Source: a virus (lineage: Duplodnaviria > Heunggongvirae > Uroviricota > Caudoviricetes). From it: a stretch of 64,000 nucleotides of DNA. The DNA lies in the IMG/VR virus record IMGVR_UViG_3300016476_000987; one strand, given 5' to 3'. This document shows positions 1 to 9,981 of this stretch, piece by piece. Positions within the stretch are counted from its first letter, which is position 1; each line of letters opens with the position of its first letter. The position numbers and the translations under genes were made by a program. The notes beneath the pieces were generated by a model, which was given only the letters and a program-made list of their open reading frames with translations, searched no databases and was not told the DNA's origin.

Positions 1-959
1 GAGAAATTTTTAGAGTTAATGATAATATACTTCCATCCGAATATAAAAATAAAGATGTAGGATTTATTGTTACTGGGATTAGTCAAGAAGTGATCAGATC
101 TGATTGGCACACTACTTTAACCACTCAGTTTTGTCTTTTAAATCAGAAGCAGAAAAATGACATTTCTTTAGAAAAATCTAAAGAGTTTTATGAAGGATTG
201 GCTCAATTTTATGAAACTTCCAAAATTACTACTTCTGCGGCTATAAAATTATACAATCTTCTTCTGGCTTTTATGGAAGATTTTTTTGCAGATAGGTATG
301 TTATTAAAAACATATTAGGGGATGCTACTTTAGACTACAAATCTAATGTTGCTCAAAATATTAAATCTGCTTTTAATCAAATAACGTCTTATGGTATAGG
401 AGGAGGAAATCTTGATACCTTTAAAAAAGAGTTTGGAAATCTTACTAAGCAAGGATGGAGTTCTTATAGAAATCCTAAAAATAGATTTGAAATCTCGTCT
501 ACATTAGATTCTGACTTTTCTACCGAGGTGATTCTTTCTGACTATCTTGCTTGGGATGCTTTATTAGTACAACAGGTAGGAGGGCCGGAACAAAGCGAAT
601 ATGTAAAGCAGCCTATAAAAAATAATATAAAGAGGTATCTAGATTACGTAGTAAAAAGCAGTTCATACTATAGAGAACTCAAATATAATAGTCAAGAAAT
701 AACTAATATGTTTGATTCTGTATACACCACGATTGTAAATAAATATACTAATCCAGATCAACGTGATTCTAGTACTACAATAATAGTCCCTCCTGCTTTT
801 ACCGGCCCTCTAACTGGTATTATTAGTAGTACAGGGGAAAGTTTTACAACAAAGTATCTAAACCCAGATAGCTTAGATCCACAGTTTCAAAAAATAATTC
901 CAGAAAAAATGTTTTTGGAAAAATCAATATACATAGATTTTAGCGTATTACCCGATTAA
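1..959 (+). CDS. hypothetical protein, 5' end outside window
   Basis: The frame of the 90..959 ORF stays open back to nt 3 (..EIFRVNDNILPSEYKNKDVGFIVTGISQEV-IRSDWH..), so the GTG at 90 is probably internal. No recognisable motif. Confidence 0.6.
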   Translation, partial: EIFRVNDNILPSEYKNKDVGFIVTGISQEVIRSDWHTTLTTQFCLLNQKQKNDISLEKSKEFYEGLAQFYETSKITTSAAIKLYNLLLAFMEDFFADRYVIKNILGDATLDYKSNVAQNIKSAFNQITSYGIGGGNLDTFKKEFGNLTKQGWSSYRNPKNRFEISSTLDSDFSTEVILSDYLAWDALLVQQVGGPEQSEYVKQPIKNNIKRYLDYVVKSSSYYRELKYNSQEITNMFDSVYTTIVNKYTNPDQRDSSTTIIVPPAFTGPLTGIISSTGESFTTKYLNPDSLDPQFQKIIPEKMFLEKSIYIDFSVLPD

Positions 960-963
960 TAAT

Positions 964-1491
964 ATGTACTATCCATTATCAGAAATAACTCCAGATTTAT
1001 ATACAGAGGGATCGGAATTTATATATAAGGATAGCAGCGCTCCTTATGCAGGATACTATTTTTCTACTACAGACGGAAGGTTTTATACAGAGAGGACCTT
1101 ACTCCCTACTTCTAAAGAAATAGTAAAGAGTTTCAATACGTTACCTCAGGATACAACTAATCCGGAACATGTTATTCCTCAACCTTCAGAAGCAGACTAT
1201 CAAGCCGGATACATAACCAGGTATGTATGCAAAAGAGTTAATTCCGGTATAGAAACCATGAGGGAAATAAGTAAAGAGGAGTATAATAGGATAAAACGGG
1301 ATCCTCTTTATAATAATGTGGAATTTAAATGGGTTATTGTAGGAAATACATTAGACGATTTTAGCAATCCAAAAATTCCCGTATACGGAATTATTCGCAT
1401 AAATAAGATAACTGTGAATAACTTGGAGCCCAAAATGCCAGGGATTAGCCAATTTTTTAAGAATTACGCAGAATTCGCCAAAGACCCTTAA
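964..1491 (+). CDS. hypothetical protein
   Basis: 175-aa ORF starting 5 nt after the upstream stop, same strand. No motif recognised. Confidence 0.6.
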   Translation: MYYPLSEITPDLYTEGSEFIYKDSSAPYAGYYFSTTDGRFYTERTLLPTSKEIVKSFNTLPQDTTNPEHVIPQPSEADYQAGYITRYVCKRVNSGIETMREISKEEYNRIKRDPLYNNVEFKWVIVGNTLDDFSNPKIPVYGIIRINKITVNNLEPKMPGISQFFKNYAEFAKDP

Positions 1492-1514
1492 CTTTGCTTC
1501 AAAGGTTGTGAAGC

Positions 1515-2852
1515 ATGTATTACATAGTAGAGACTCAAGAACAGCTAAAAAAGTTCAAGAGTTATGATTTTTCTAGATGTATAGTAGATGTTGTAACCAA
1601 TAATGATCATTGGCACCTACTATTATCTCACGTATCCTTGGTGTATATTCGTCCCTTTAGGTCTAGAGCCGGATTTATCATCCCCATAAACCATAGTGAA
1701 TCTACCGGACTAGAGTATTCTGATATAGAGCCTATCATATCGCAGCAAATAGGCCAAATTTACGCTATAGATGCTAAAAGGCTTAGGTACTTTTTTAAAA
1801 GAAAGAAGGCCTTATTTTGCCTTAAAACGGCTTATTATTTGAAAGAGGGCCAAGCTTTTAACGAGAATAATCATGACACGTCTGCTCATAGGTTTTTTAT
1901 GTCTAAGTATGAAGACTATGAAGACATAAATACTATAGTGCCTATAGCAAAACACTATGAGAAATTAGAAGCGATATCTGCGCAACTAAAGAAACACGTA
2001 GCTGTTATAGATGAGCCCTATTACGATTTATACGCAGATGCAGCAATCAAAGTTTTCTCTACTATAGAAAAGTCCGGAGTTCCTACAGATCAAAAAGAGT
2101 TTGAAGCCAATTTTTCTTTAAAAGTACCGGCAGCTTCTTATTACAAAGAGAGGGTTTATACTTCGTATAATCTCTACACTGCTACTGGGAGGCCTTCTAA
2201 TTCTTTCAATGGAGTTAACTTTGCGGCTTTAAATAAAGAAAACAACTCTAGAAAATCTTTTGTAGCTAAGAATGACTACTTTGTAGAGTTTGATTACTCC
2301 TCTTACCACTTAAAAATACTTTGTAAACTTATTAACTATGAATTTCAAGACGAAGACATACATACTCATATTGCAAAGTTTTACTTTGAAAAAGATACAA
2401 TATCTGAAAAAGAGTACATCGAAGGGAAGCAGCTAACTTTTAAATTGCTATATACAGAGTCTAACATTAAAGAAGTAGACAAGATTCCGTTTTTTACTAA
2501 AGTTAGAGAGTTTAAACATTCTCTATGGGAAAAGTATAAAATAGATAAGTATATTCCAAGCCTTAGATCCGGTAGACCCCTCAAGAATATAGATAGCATT
2601 ACTCAGATACTTCCTTACATACTACAGAATTATGAAACGGAAAGAAATATAGAAGTTCTTCAGAAAATAATCTCTTACCTAAGAGGAAAAAAGACCAAGC
2701 TAATTCTATATTGTTACGATTCTTTTCTTTTTGATTACTCAAAAGAGGACGGTAAGGATATTTTATGTAATATTGCAGAAATACTTGAAGAAGAAGGCTA
2801 TAATACTTCTTTTAAGTACGGAAAGAATTACCAAGATTTAAAACAGATTTAA
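1515..2852 (+). CDS. divergent family A DNA polymerase-like protein (polymerase domain only, no exonuclease motifs)
   Basis: TATGRPSNSFNGVNFAALNK resembles the PolA T-x-TGRLSS-x-PNLQNIP motif. EFDYSSYHLKIL resembles motif A (DYSQIELR). GKQLTFKLLY resembles motif B. LYCYDSFLFDY resembles motif C (HDE changed to YDS). Confidence 0.6.
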   Translation: MYYIVETQEQLKKFKSYDFSRCIVDVVTNNDHWHLLLSHVSLVYIRPFRSRAGFIIPINHSESTGLEYSDIEPIISQQIGQIYAIDAKRLRYFFKRKKALFCLKTAYYLKEGQAFNENNHDTSAHRFFMSKYEDYEDINTIVPIAKHYEKLEAISAQLKKHVAVIDEPYYDLYADAAIKVFSTIEKSGVPTDQKEFEANFSLKVPAASYYKERVYTSYNLYTATGRPSNSFNGVNFAALNKENNSRKSFVAKNDYFVEFDYSSYHLKILCKLINYEFQDEDIHTHIAKFYFEKDTISEKEYIEGKQLTFKLLYTESNIKEVDKIPFFTKVREFKHSLWEKYKIDKYIPSLRSGRPLKNIDSITQILPYILQNYETERNIEVLQKIISYLRGKKTKLILYCYDSFLFDYSKEDGKDILCNIAEILEEEGYNTSFKYGKNYQDLKQI

Positions 2853-2881
2853 TTTTTTTATTGTTTAATTGATATTTATAT

Positions 2882-3310
2882 ATGTTATACGATGAAATAG
2901 ATGTTATAATTGACGATCAATTGAACAAACTTTTTTGTACATTTACGCAGAAGGATGATTTAGAAGAGACGATTACTAAAATCGGCTCAATGTATTCGGT
3001 TATTTATTCTAAAATTTTTGTTTTGGAGATCGCCGATAGCAGCGAATTTGTATGTACATATAATATTGAATCGGAAAACACAGATCGCTCCAAGATTATT
3101 CCTGGAACTATTCTGATGCATCGTAGAAAAGAGACTGATACCCTCTACACAATTAATTCTTTAAACCTTCTCATTGCCAGCCTAAATAATGGAGTAGTTG
3201 ATAAGACATTCAAAATCAACTGGTCCGATTATAGAAATAGTATCCTCCTCACCAGAGCTGGCCAATTCACCCAACTGAACACAAAAGTCCACAAGATTAT
3301 TGCTCTCTAA
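2882..3310 (+). CDS. hypothetical protein
   Basis: 142-aa ORF in a co-directional gene string. Confidence 0.55.
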   Translation: MLYDEIDVIIDDQLNKLFCTFTQKDDLEETITKIGSMYSVIYSKIFVLEIADSSEFVCTYNIESENTDRSKIIPGTILMHRRKETDTLYTINSLNLLIASLNNGVVDKTFKINWSDYRNSILLTRAGQFTQLNTKVHKIIAL

Positions 3311-3325
3311 GAGAGAAAAAATATT

Positions 3326-3355
3326 TTGCTATTCCAAACTGCTTTCTTATTTTTG
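3326..3355 (+). promoter_or_regulatory. candidate Bacteroidota-type promoter (-33 TTG / -7 TAnnTTTG)
   Basis: TTG at 3326-3328 and TATTTTTG at 3348-3355 with a 19-nt spacer. The -7 box ends 23 nt before the SSB start codon. Confidence 0.35.
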
Positions 3356-3378
3356 TAAACACTTAAAATTTAAATGCC

Positions 3379-4221
3379 ATGTCAAACATTGATTTGATCA
3401 AACAGCGCCTTCAGAAATTGCAATCGAAAACCTCAGACAGCAGCTCTCAGGTTGATTACTCCAAGATCTTTTGGAAACCGAAGTTGGGAACACAGATTGT
3501 TCGTATTGTTCCCCGTAAAGAAAACAGGGATTACCCCTTTGTAGAAGTTTCCTTCCATCAGTACAATGTCTTCAAAAAGAGCGTCTATTGCCTGGATGTT
3601 TTCGGAGAAGAGGATCCGGTGCTTCAATATCGGAAAGAGTTGTACAACGAAGGTACTCCAGAAGCCAAAGATCTGGCTAAAAAGATCGCCCCCCGCACTA
3701 AGTATTTTGCACAAGTAGTAGTAAGAGGAGAAGAGGACATGGGGACTCGTCTCTGGGAATTTAACAAGACTACTTACGAAAAGCTTCTTAGCATTATGGC
3801 TAACGAAGACTTTGGTGATGTTACAGACATTATTGATGGTACTGATCTTACGATTGAAGGGTATAAGGATACTGTTGCAATCGGAAAAAAGAATGTAGAG
3901 TACATCGCTGTAAACGTCACTCCTAAAAGAAGGACCTCTCCTCTTTCGGAAAATGCAGAACAAGCTAAGTCTTTCCTTGAAAATCAAAACAACATTCTTG
4001 AAGTCTATAAGAAGTTTACTTATGACGAAATCAAGACTATGTTGAAGAACTATCTTGTTCCGAAAGAAGACTCCGCTGAAGAACCTGTCGCTTCTGTCTC
4101 CGTAGCTGCTCCTGCTAAAGCATCGGCTATCATGGATGACGAAGATGATGAGCCTCCATTTCCGGTAGTAAAGAAGCAGTCCACTGCTCAGAAGTTTAAC
4201 GATATTTTTGACGAAGAGTAA
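3379..4221 (+). CDS. T4 gp32-like single-stranded DNA-binding protein
   Basis: N-terminal FWKPKLGTQIVRIVP resembles gp32 WKLKLD..IRFLP. Acidic C-terminal tail (MDDEDDEPPF...DIFDEE). Sits in the replication module. Confidence 0.75.
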   Translation: MSNIDLIKQRLQKLQSKTSDSSSQVDYSKIFWKPKLGTQIVRIVPRKENRDYPFVEVSFHQYNVFKKSVYCLDVFGEEDPVLQYRKELYNEGTPEAKDLAKKIAPRTKYFAQVVVRGEEDMGTRLWEFNKTTYEKLLSIMANEDFGDVTDIIDGTDLTIEGYKDTVAIGKKNVEYIAVNVTPKRRTSPLSENAEQAKSFLENQNNILEVYKKFTYDEIKTMLKNYLVPKEDSAEEPVASVSVAAPAKASAIMDDEDDEPPFPVVKKQSTAQKFNDIFDEE

Positions 4222-4232
4222 TCTCTAAACTT

Positions 4233-5336
4233 ATGGATGAAAAAAGAAGTGCAAAGAGCGGTCTAACAGCCGCTCTTTCTAAGAAGTCTAGTGCCTTTAG
4301 CCTAGATAATTTTAAGAAATCCAAAAACCTCACAGAAGGGTCTAAGTTTAAAAAGCAAGAGTGGATTCCTCTGTCTCCTGCTTTTAATTCTGCGATTGGA
4401 TTTCCAGGACTGCCTAAAGGACATATTACAGTAATTAGGGGCCATAGCGATACCGGTAAGACTACCGCTATGATTGAGACTGCAATCTCTGCTCAAAAAA
4501 TGGGCCTTCTTCCTGTATTCATTATTACAGAAATGAAATGGTCTTTTGAGCATGCCAAAGAAATGGGATTTGAAGTAGAAGCTATTCCGGATCCTGAGAC
4601 TGGAGAAGTTACCTACACTGGAGAGTTTCTCTACATAGACAGGTCTTCTTTGAATGTGATCGAAGATGTCTCTTCCTTTATCATTGATATTCTCAATGAA
4701 CAGAAAAAAGGAAACCTTCCTTACGATCTTGTATTCTTGTGGGACTCTGCCGGTTCTATCCCTTCTGCTCAATCAGTAGAAGCCAAGAAGAACAACGCTA
4801 TGTGGAATGCAGCAGCAATGTCTATTCAGTTTTCCAACTTTGTTAACCAGGAGTTTTCAATGTCTAGGAAGGCTAGTAGTCAATACACAAACACTTTCAT
4901 TGTCGTAAACAAGGTCAGAGTAGAATATCCGGTGTCAAATCCGATGGAGAAGCCTAAGCTTAGAAACAAAGGAGGCGATGTCATGTATTGGGATGCTACT
5001 CTTGTGATTACCTTCGGTAACATTACTAACTCTGGCGTGTCCAAAGTAGAGGCTACAAAGGATAAAAAGACGGTAGTGTTTGCCAAGAGGACTAAAGTTT
5101 CTGTTGATAAAAACCACATGACAGAATCAAATACCTCTTCTAGGATAGTTATGACAGCTCATGGCTTCATTGAAGACACTCCAACTGCTATTGAGAAGTA
5201 CAAAAAAGAGCATAGGCATGAGTGGCTTAAAGTTCTTGGAGAAGGAGACTTCGATGTGGTATTTGAGCCCGACATGCAGGAGGATATGAAACCCAGGTAC
5301 GAGAATGTTATTGATGATGAAATAGGAGATGAGTAA
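4233..5336 (+). CDS. RecA/RadA-superfamily recombination ATPase (UvsX/Sak4-like)
   Basis: Walker A in GLPKGHITVIRGHSDTGKTT and a Walker B-like LVFLWDSAG. Adjacent to the SSB and FEN genes. Confidence 0.65.
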   Translation: MDEKRSAKSGLTAALSKKSSAFSLDNFKKSKNLTEGSKFKKQEWIPLSPAFNSAIGFPGLPKGHITVIRGHSDTGKTTAMIETAISAQKMGLLPVFIITEMKWSFEHAKEMGFEVEAIPDPETGEVTYTGEFLYIDRSSLNVIEDVSSFIIDILNEQKKGNLPYDLVFLWDSAGSIPSAQSVEAKKNNAMWNAAAMSIQFSNFVNQEFSMSRKASSQYTNTFIVVNKVRVEYPVSNPMEKPKLRNKGGDVMYWDATLVITFGNITNSGVSKVEATKDKKTVVFAKRTKVSVDKNHMTESNTSSRIVMTAHGFIEDTPTAIEKYKKEHRHEWLKVLGEGDFDVVFEPDMQEDMKPRYENVIDDEIGDE

Positions 5337-6372
5337 CAGACTATTGGACATATTCTCTAAAGTCCAAAAAACAGAGAGACCTGCTAACATCCATGCTAAT
5401 AGCAGAGTGTTGATTGTGGATGGAATGAACACATTCTTGCGCAGTTTTGCAGTTGTTAATAGACTTAACCTTTTGGGTCATGAAATTGGAGGGTTAGTAG
5501 GTTTCTTTAAGTCTGTAGGTTCTGCTATAAAAACTATTAACCCGACCCGTGTTATCCTCGTTTTTGACGGGGAGGCCGGGTCGGCTAATAGGCGGTATCT
5601 TTATCCTGAGTACAAAGGAAATAGGCAGCATAATAGAATAATGAACAAAGTTCTATATCAAGATAGAGCTGTTGAGGATGATTCTAAGTATGAGCAATTA
5701 GTTCGTTTGGTAGACTACTTAGAGTATCTTCCGCTGCTAACTATTTCTTTAGACAATTTAGAAGCTGATGACATTATAGGCAATCTAGCATCTTTATCCT
5801 ACAATGGATTTTCTGATAGTGAGACTTATATCATGTCTTCAGACAATGACTTCATGCAGCTAGTAAATGATCGGGTTAGAGTGTATAGCCCTATAAAGAA
5901 AAAGATATATCAAGTAGATCATGTCCTTTCTGATTTTGGCGTACACCCAAATAATTTTGTTATTTACAAAGCTTTGATTGGAGATACTTCAGATAATGTT
6001 CCTGGCGTACAAGGAATAGGAGAGAAAAATGCTCCTAAGTTGTTTGAGTTCCTTTCTCAAAGCGATAGAAAAGACTTGGATTATTTATTTGAAGTATGTG
6101 CTAACCCTCCTAAAAAGTCTGTGCTTTATGATAGAGTACTGAATGTAAACAAAAATGTTGATATTTTTTATAGGATCATGGACCTAGTAAATCCTAATAT
6201 TTCAGATGAGTACAAAGAACTAATTAAAACAAAGTTTTATGATCCAATCCCCGAATTTAAAAAGCATGAGTTCATAAAGTTGTATAATTATGATAGAATG
6301 GGAGATGCTATCCCTAATTTGGATAGCTGGTTAAATGTTTTTATACCTTTGAATAATTATAGGCAGTTATGA
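5329..6372 (+). CDS. 5'-3' exonuclease / flap endonuclease (T4 RNase H / T5 D15 family)
   Basis: PIN-like motifs VLIVDGMN, VFDGEAGSANRRYLYPEYKGNR, LEADDIIG and SSDNDFMQL, plus the H3TH motif IGDTSDNVPGVQGIGEKNA. Confidence 0.9.
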   Translation: MSNRLLDIFSKVQKTERPANIHANSRVLIVDGMNTFLRSFAVVNRLNLLGHEIGGLVGFFKSVGSAIKTINPTRVILVFDGEAGSANRRYLYPEYKGNRQHNRIMNKVLYQDRAVEDDSKYEQLVRLVDYLEYLPLLTISLDNLEADDIIGNLASLSYNGFSDSETYIMSSDNDFMQLVNDRVRVYSPIKKKIYQVDHVLSDFGVHPNNFVIYKALIGDTSDNVPGVQGIGEKNAPKLFEFLSQSDRKDLDYLFEVCANPPKKSVLYDRVLNVNKNVDIFYRIMDLVNPNISDEYKELIKTKFYDPIPEFKKHEFIKLYNYDRMGDAIPNLDSWLNVFIPLNNYRQL

Positions 6373-7718
6373 CAGCAAATAAGCTAAATCAGTACGGTTA
6401 TTCTTTTCAGTTAAAAGTTCTCTATTCTCTACTAAACGACAAGCCCTTTCTTCAAAACATCTCAGATGTAATACAAGTAGAGTTTTTTGAGTCTCCGGCT
6501 CACAAATGGATTGTTACTACGATACTTGAATATTATTCCAAGTATCACACTTTCCCCACAATGGAAGTGGTTAAGATCGAAATGATGAAAGAACAGAACG
6601 AAGTTCTTCGTCTTTCGATTAAAGAGGAGCTAAAACACATATACACTACCGCTCACGATGAAATTGAGTACGTAAAAGAGGAGTTTTTTAATTTCTGTAA
6701 GAACCAAAGACTTAGGGATGCTCTTCTTACTTCCGTAGATCTTCTTAAAGGAGGAGAATACGAAGGTATCCGAAAGATCATTGATGAAGCTCTCAAAGCC
6801 GGTAATGATAAACAAATCGGACATGAGTATGAAAAAGATATTGAGTCTAGATTTAGAGAAGAAGAAGATAAAAAGATTCCTTTTCCTTGGAAGGCTTTTA
6901 ATGATGCTACCGATGGGGGAATTGGATCTGGTAATCTTATGCTTCTATTTGCTCCTCCTGGCATAGGAAAGTCCACAGTGGTTTGTAATATCGCTGCCCA
7001 TGTATTGAAAATTGGATATAAAGTAGTCTACTATACTTTGGAATTGGATGAAAGGTACGTAGGTAAAAAGATAGACTCTATTCTTACCGGTATTGATGTT
7101 AAAAACCTAAAGCATCACCGTAAAGAAGTAGAAAAAGCAGTAAAAGATCTTAAAGGCCGGATTGTAATCAAGGAGTACTCTCCTAATCGTGCTTCTCTTG
7201 ACACTATAGAATCTCACCTGAGGCAATTAGAGGCCAATAGCGACTTCGTTCCGGATATAGTTATCATTGACTACCCTGACCTTTTAAGGCCCAGGAAGAT
7301 AAGGAAAGCGACCATAGAAGAGATTGATGACATCTATGTGGATGTTAAAGGTCTTGCTAAAGACTTAAAGATTCCCGTAGTAGCACCTTCCCAGATTAAC
7401 AGGATGGGAGCAAGGGATGAAATCATCGAAGGAGATAAAGTAGCCGGTAGTTTTAGTAAGATGATGATTGCAGATCTCAGCATCTCTCTTTCTAGAAAAA
7501 GAAAAGACAAACTTAACGGTACCGGTCGATTTCACTTTATGAAATCCCGTCTTGGGCCCGATGGTATGACCTATGAGGCAAAGATTGATCTCAATAAAGG
7601 TTATATCGAAGTATCAGAGGAACTGTATGATGAAGCTTCAGGAGATTCAGATGGAGGGAATGGGGATTTTTCAGCTGATGAACTAGACAAATTGAAGAAC
7701 AAGTTTCTAAAAGGATAA
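6369..7718 (+). CDS. DnaB-family replicative helicase
   Basis: Walker A LLFAPPGIGKST, Walker B IVIIDYPDLL, SQINR (DnaB H4-like motif), and an N-terminal helical domain. Confidence 0.85.
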   Translation: MTANKLNQYGYSFQLKVLYSLLNDKPFLQNISDVIQVEFFESPAHKWIVTTILEYYSKYHTFPTMEVVKIEMMKEQNEVLRLSIKEELKHIYTTAHDEIEYVKEEFFNFCKNQRLRDALLTSVDLLKGGEYEGIRKIIDEALKAGNDKQIGHEYEKDIESRFREEEDKKIPFPWKAFNDATDGGIGSGNLMLLFAPPGIGKSTVVCNIAAHVLKIGYKVVYYTLELDERYVGKKIDSILTGIDVKNLKHHRKEVEKAVKDLKGRIVIKEYSPNRASLDTIESHLRQLEANSDFVPDIVIIDYPDLLRPRKIRKATIEEIDDIYVDVKGLAKDLKIPVVAPSQINRMGARDEIIEGDKVAGSFSKMMIADLSISLSRKRKDKLNGTGRFHFMKSRLGPDGMTYEAKIDLNKGYIEVSEELYDEASGDSDGGNGDFSADELDKLKNKFLKG

Positions 7719-7736
7719 GAGTCCTATAAGTATCAT

Positions 7737-7793
7737 ATATACCGTATAAAAAATCCGGGCAATTACAGAAATTTTCTTTTTTATATACGGTAT
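7737..7793. terminator. long imperfect inverted repeat after the helicase gene (possible terminator or regulatory hairpin)
   Basis: ATATACCGTATAAAAAA (7737-7753) pairs with TTTTTTATATACGGTAT (7777-7793). The core ACCGTATA/TATACGGT is exact, and the loop is about 23 nt. Confidence 0.35.
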
Positions 7794-7848
7794 TTATTCT
7801 TGCCTCCCATTAATTTTGTAACTCCAATTAATAAAAATACACTCTATT

Positions 7849-9753
7849 ATGAAAGATTTAGGGCTTGAAGCGTTGTCTAGGATCACAATTTTTTCCAAAT
7901 ATGCGAAATACATTCCGGAACTACAGAGGAGAGAGACCTGGGATGAGATTGTAGATCGTTACGAAAGCATGCTAGTAAAGAAATTCCCGAACTTACAGTT
8001 GGCTATTGTAGAAAATGCCAAATTTATTCGGGACAAAAAAATACTCCCTTCTATGAGGGCCTTGCAGTTTGCTGGTCCAGCTATGGAGGTGAATAATGCT
8101 AGAGGATACAACTGTTGCTACCTTCCTATTGATAGCATTCACGGGTTTAGTGAGACTATGTTCCTGTTATTGGGAGGTACCGGTGTAGGATATTCTGTAC
8201 AAAAGCATCATGTAGCCCAGCTTCCTGAAGTTAAAAAACCCGGAAAAGCTAGGAACTATCTGATCGAAGACAGTATTATGGGATGGGCCGATGCTGTAAA
8301 AGTGCTTATGAAAGCATATCTTGAAGGATCTTTTATGCCTAAGTTTGACTTTAGAGCTATTAGGCACAAAGGAGCACGTCTTATTACTGCTGGAGGTAAA
8401 GCTCCTGGTCCTGAGCCGTTGAAAATTTGTCTTACTCACATTCAGGCTATCTTAGATAGGAAAGAAGAAGGAGAGGCTTTGTCTCCCCTGGAGTGTCATG
8501 ACATTCTTTGTCACATTGCAAATAGCGTTCTATCCGGAGGAATCAGGAGATCAGCTATGATCGCTCTGTTTAGCCATGATGATGAGGAGATGATTACTTG
8601 TAAATATGGTAACTGGTGGGAACTCAATGAACAAAGAGGAAGAGCTAATAACTCTGCTGTTCTTAAAAGAGGAGAAGTAGAAGCTCAGGAATTTTTTGAT
8701 CTTTGGAAAAGAATCGAACTTAGCAACAGCGGAGAGCCTGGTATTTACTGGACTAACAATCTTGAATGGGGAACTAATCCATGCTGCGAGATCGCCCTTC
8801 GTCCCTATCAGTTCTGTAACCTTTGTGAAGTAAATGTTAGCGATGTTACTAGTCAACATGATTTAAACGAGAGAGTAGCAAAAGCGGCATTCTTCGGCAC
8901 ACTACAAGCTAGCTTTACAGACTTCCATTATCTTCGTCCTATCTGGCAAAAAACCACACAAAAGGATGCTCTATTAGGTATTGGTATGACCGGCATTGGT
9001 AGTGGAGAAATTTTGAAATATGATCTAGAAGAAGCGGCTAGTATAGGAATTTCTATAAATAAAGAAACAAGTGATGCTATAGGTACTAACCCAGCCGCTA
9101 GGGTTACTTGCATAAAGCCTTCAGGCACAACGAGTTTGGTATTGGGAACTGCTAGCGGTATCCACGCTTGGCATAATGATTACTATCTTCGCACTATGAG
9201 GTTTAACAAGAACGAAGACTTGGCTGCTTACCTTATGGTAAACCATCCTGAGCTTTGTGAAGATGACCAACTGAGACCTCATGACACTGTATGTGTAAGA
9301 ATTCCTGTTAAGGCTCCTGAAGGTTCTATATTCAGAACAGAGACAGCTATTGATACATTAGAGCGTGTTAAGAAGTTCTCTGTAGAATGGATTAAGGCAG
9401 GACATGTCAATGGAGACAACACACACAACGTAAGTGCTACAATTTCTATTGATAAGAGTAGAATGTATCCCTTCCATGTAGAAAACGGTGAAGTATGGGA
9501 AAGAGATGAGTGGGAAGAAGTAGGTATGTGGATGTGGAACAATAGAGAATTCTATAATGGTCTGTCTGTACTCCCCTACTTTGGAGGCTCATTTGTACAA
9601 GCTCCTTTTGAAGACATCAGCAAGGAAGAGTACGAAACCCGGATTCAGGCTGTCAAAGAAATCGATCTTACTAAAGTATTAGAGCTGGACGATACTGTAG
9701 ACTTTGGAGCTATTGCAGCTTGTGCCGGGGGTCAATGCGAAGTAAATATCTAA
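7849..9753 (+). CDS. nrdJ: class II (adenosylcobalamin-type) ribonucleotide reductase
   Basis: Active-site loop WGTNPCCEIAL (class II TNPCGEI type, not class I NLC-E), LPSMRALQFAG, and a C-terminal Cys pair in ACAGGQCEV. No small-subunit gene nearby. Confidence 0.8.
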   Translation: MKDLGLEALSRITIFSKYAKYIPELQRRETWDEIVDRYESMLVKKFPNLQLAIVENAKFIRDKKILPSMRALQFAGPAMEVNNARGYNCCYLPIDSIHGFSETMFLLLGGTGVGYSVQKHHVAQLPEVKKPGKARNYLIEDSIMGWADAVKVLMKAYLEGSFMPKFDFRAIRHKGARLITAGGKAPGPEPLKICLTHIQAILDRKEEGEALSPLECHDILCHIANSVLSGGIRRSAMIALFSHDDEEMITCKYGNWWELNEQRGRANNSAVLKRGEVEAQEFFDLWKRIELSNSGEPGIYWTNNLEWGTNPCCEIALRPYQFCNLCEVNVSDVTSQHDLNERVAKAAFFGTLQASFTDFHYLRPIWQKTTQKDALLGIGMTGIGSGEILKYDLEEAASIGISINKETSDAIGTNPAARVTCIKPSGTTSLVLGTASGIHAWHNDYYLRTMRFNKNEDLAAYLMVNHPELCEDDQLRPHDTVCVRIPVKAPEGSIFRTETAIDTLERVKKFSVEWIKAGHVNGDNTHNVSATISIDKSRMYPFHVENGEVWERDEWEEVGMWMWNNREFYNGLSVLPYFGGSFVQAPFEDISKEEYETRIQAVKEIDLTKVLELDDTVDFGAIAACAGGQCEVNI

Positions 9754-9947
9754 TGGCAAAGAAAGATCTAATAGAGAACGTTGATTATCATGTAGATGAG
9801 AGGGGGAACATAGTTTTCTCCTCTCTCTTTCTCTTAGAAAGAGGCTACTGTTGTGGAAATAAATGCCGGAACTGTCCTTATTCAAAACCTGTGAAAAAAG
9901 GAAATACGGTTATTGACGAACATTTCTTACATTTGAAAAAACAATAA
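9753..9947 (+). CDS. small Cys-rich protein (DUF5522-like, ERGYCCGNxCRxCPY)
   Basis: Motif LLERGYCCGNKCRNCPY. Start moved to the ATG overlapping the RNR stop (TAATG); the track start at 9720 would lie inside nrdJ. Confidence 0.6.
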   Translation: MAKKDLIENVDYHVDERGNIVFSSLFLLERGYCCGNKCRNCPYSKPVKKGNTVIDEHFLHLKKQ

Positions 9948-9981
9948 ATATATTTATATAAAATTTTTAAATTAAAACTTA

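Noticed and set aside
3433-5432. Long antisense ORFs over the SSB, RecA-like and FEN genes (3433..3987, 4302..4772, 4880..5119, 4935..5117, 5127..5432). The same pattern occurs over polA (12859..13260, 14055..14255), RNR, GroEL, the GTs and the DUF932 gene (59926..60360, 60382..60915).
   Set aside because: Each lies fully inside a motif-supported gene on the other strand. They have low-complexity or hydrophobic translations, no motifs, and break the tight co-directional packing.
9720-9752. Upstream start of the Cys-rich ORF (MCRGSMRSKYL...) and similar 5' extensions in the track (15257, 38265, 40567, 40928, 51484, 52904, 53390, 54493).
   Set aside because: The extensions overlap the preceding gene by 20-95 nt. 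In each case an internal ATG sits at or within a few nt of the upstream stop, matching the ATGA/TAATG coupling used throughout the window.
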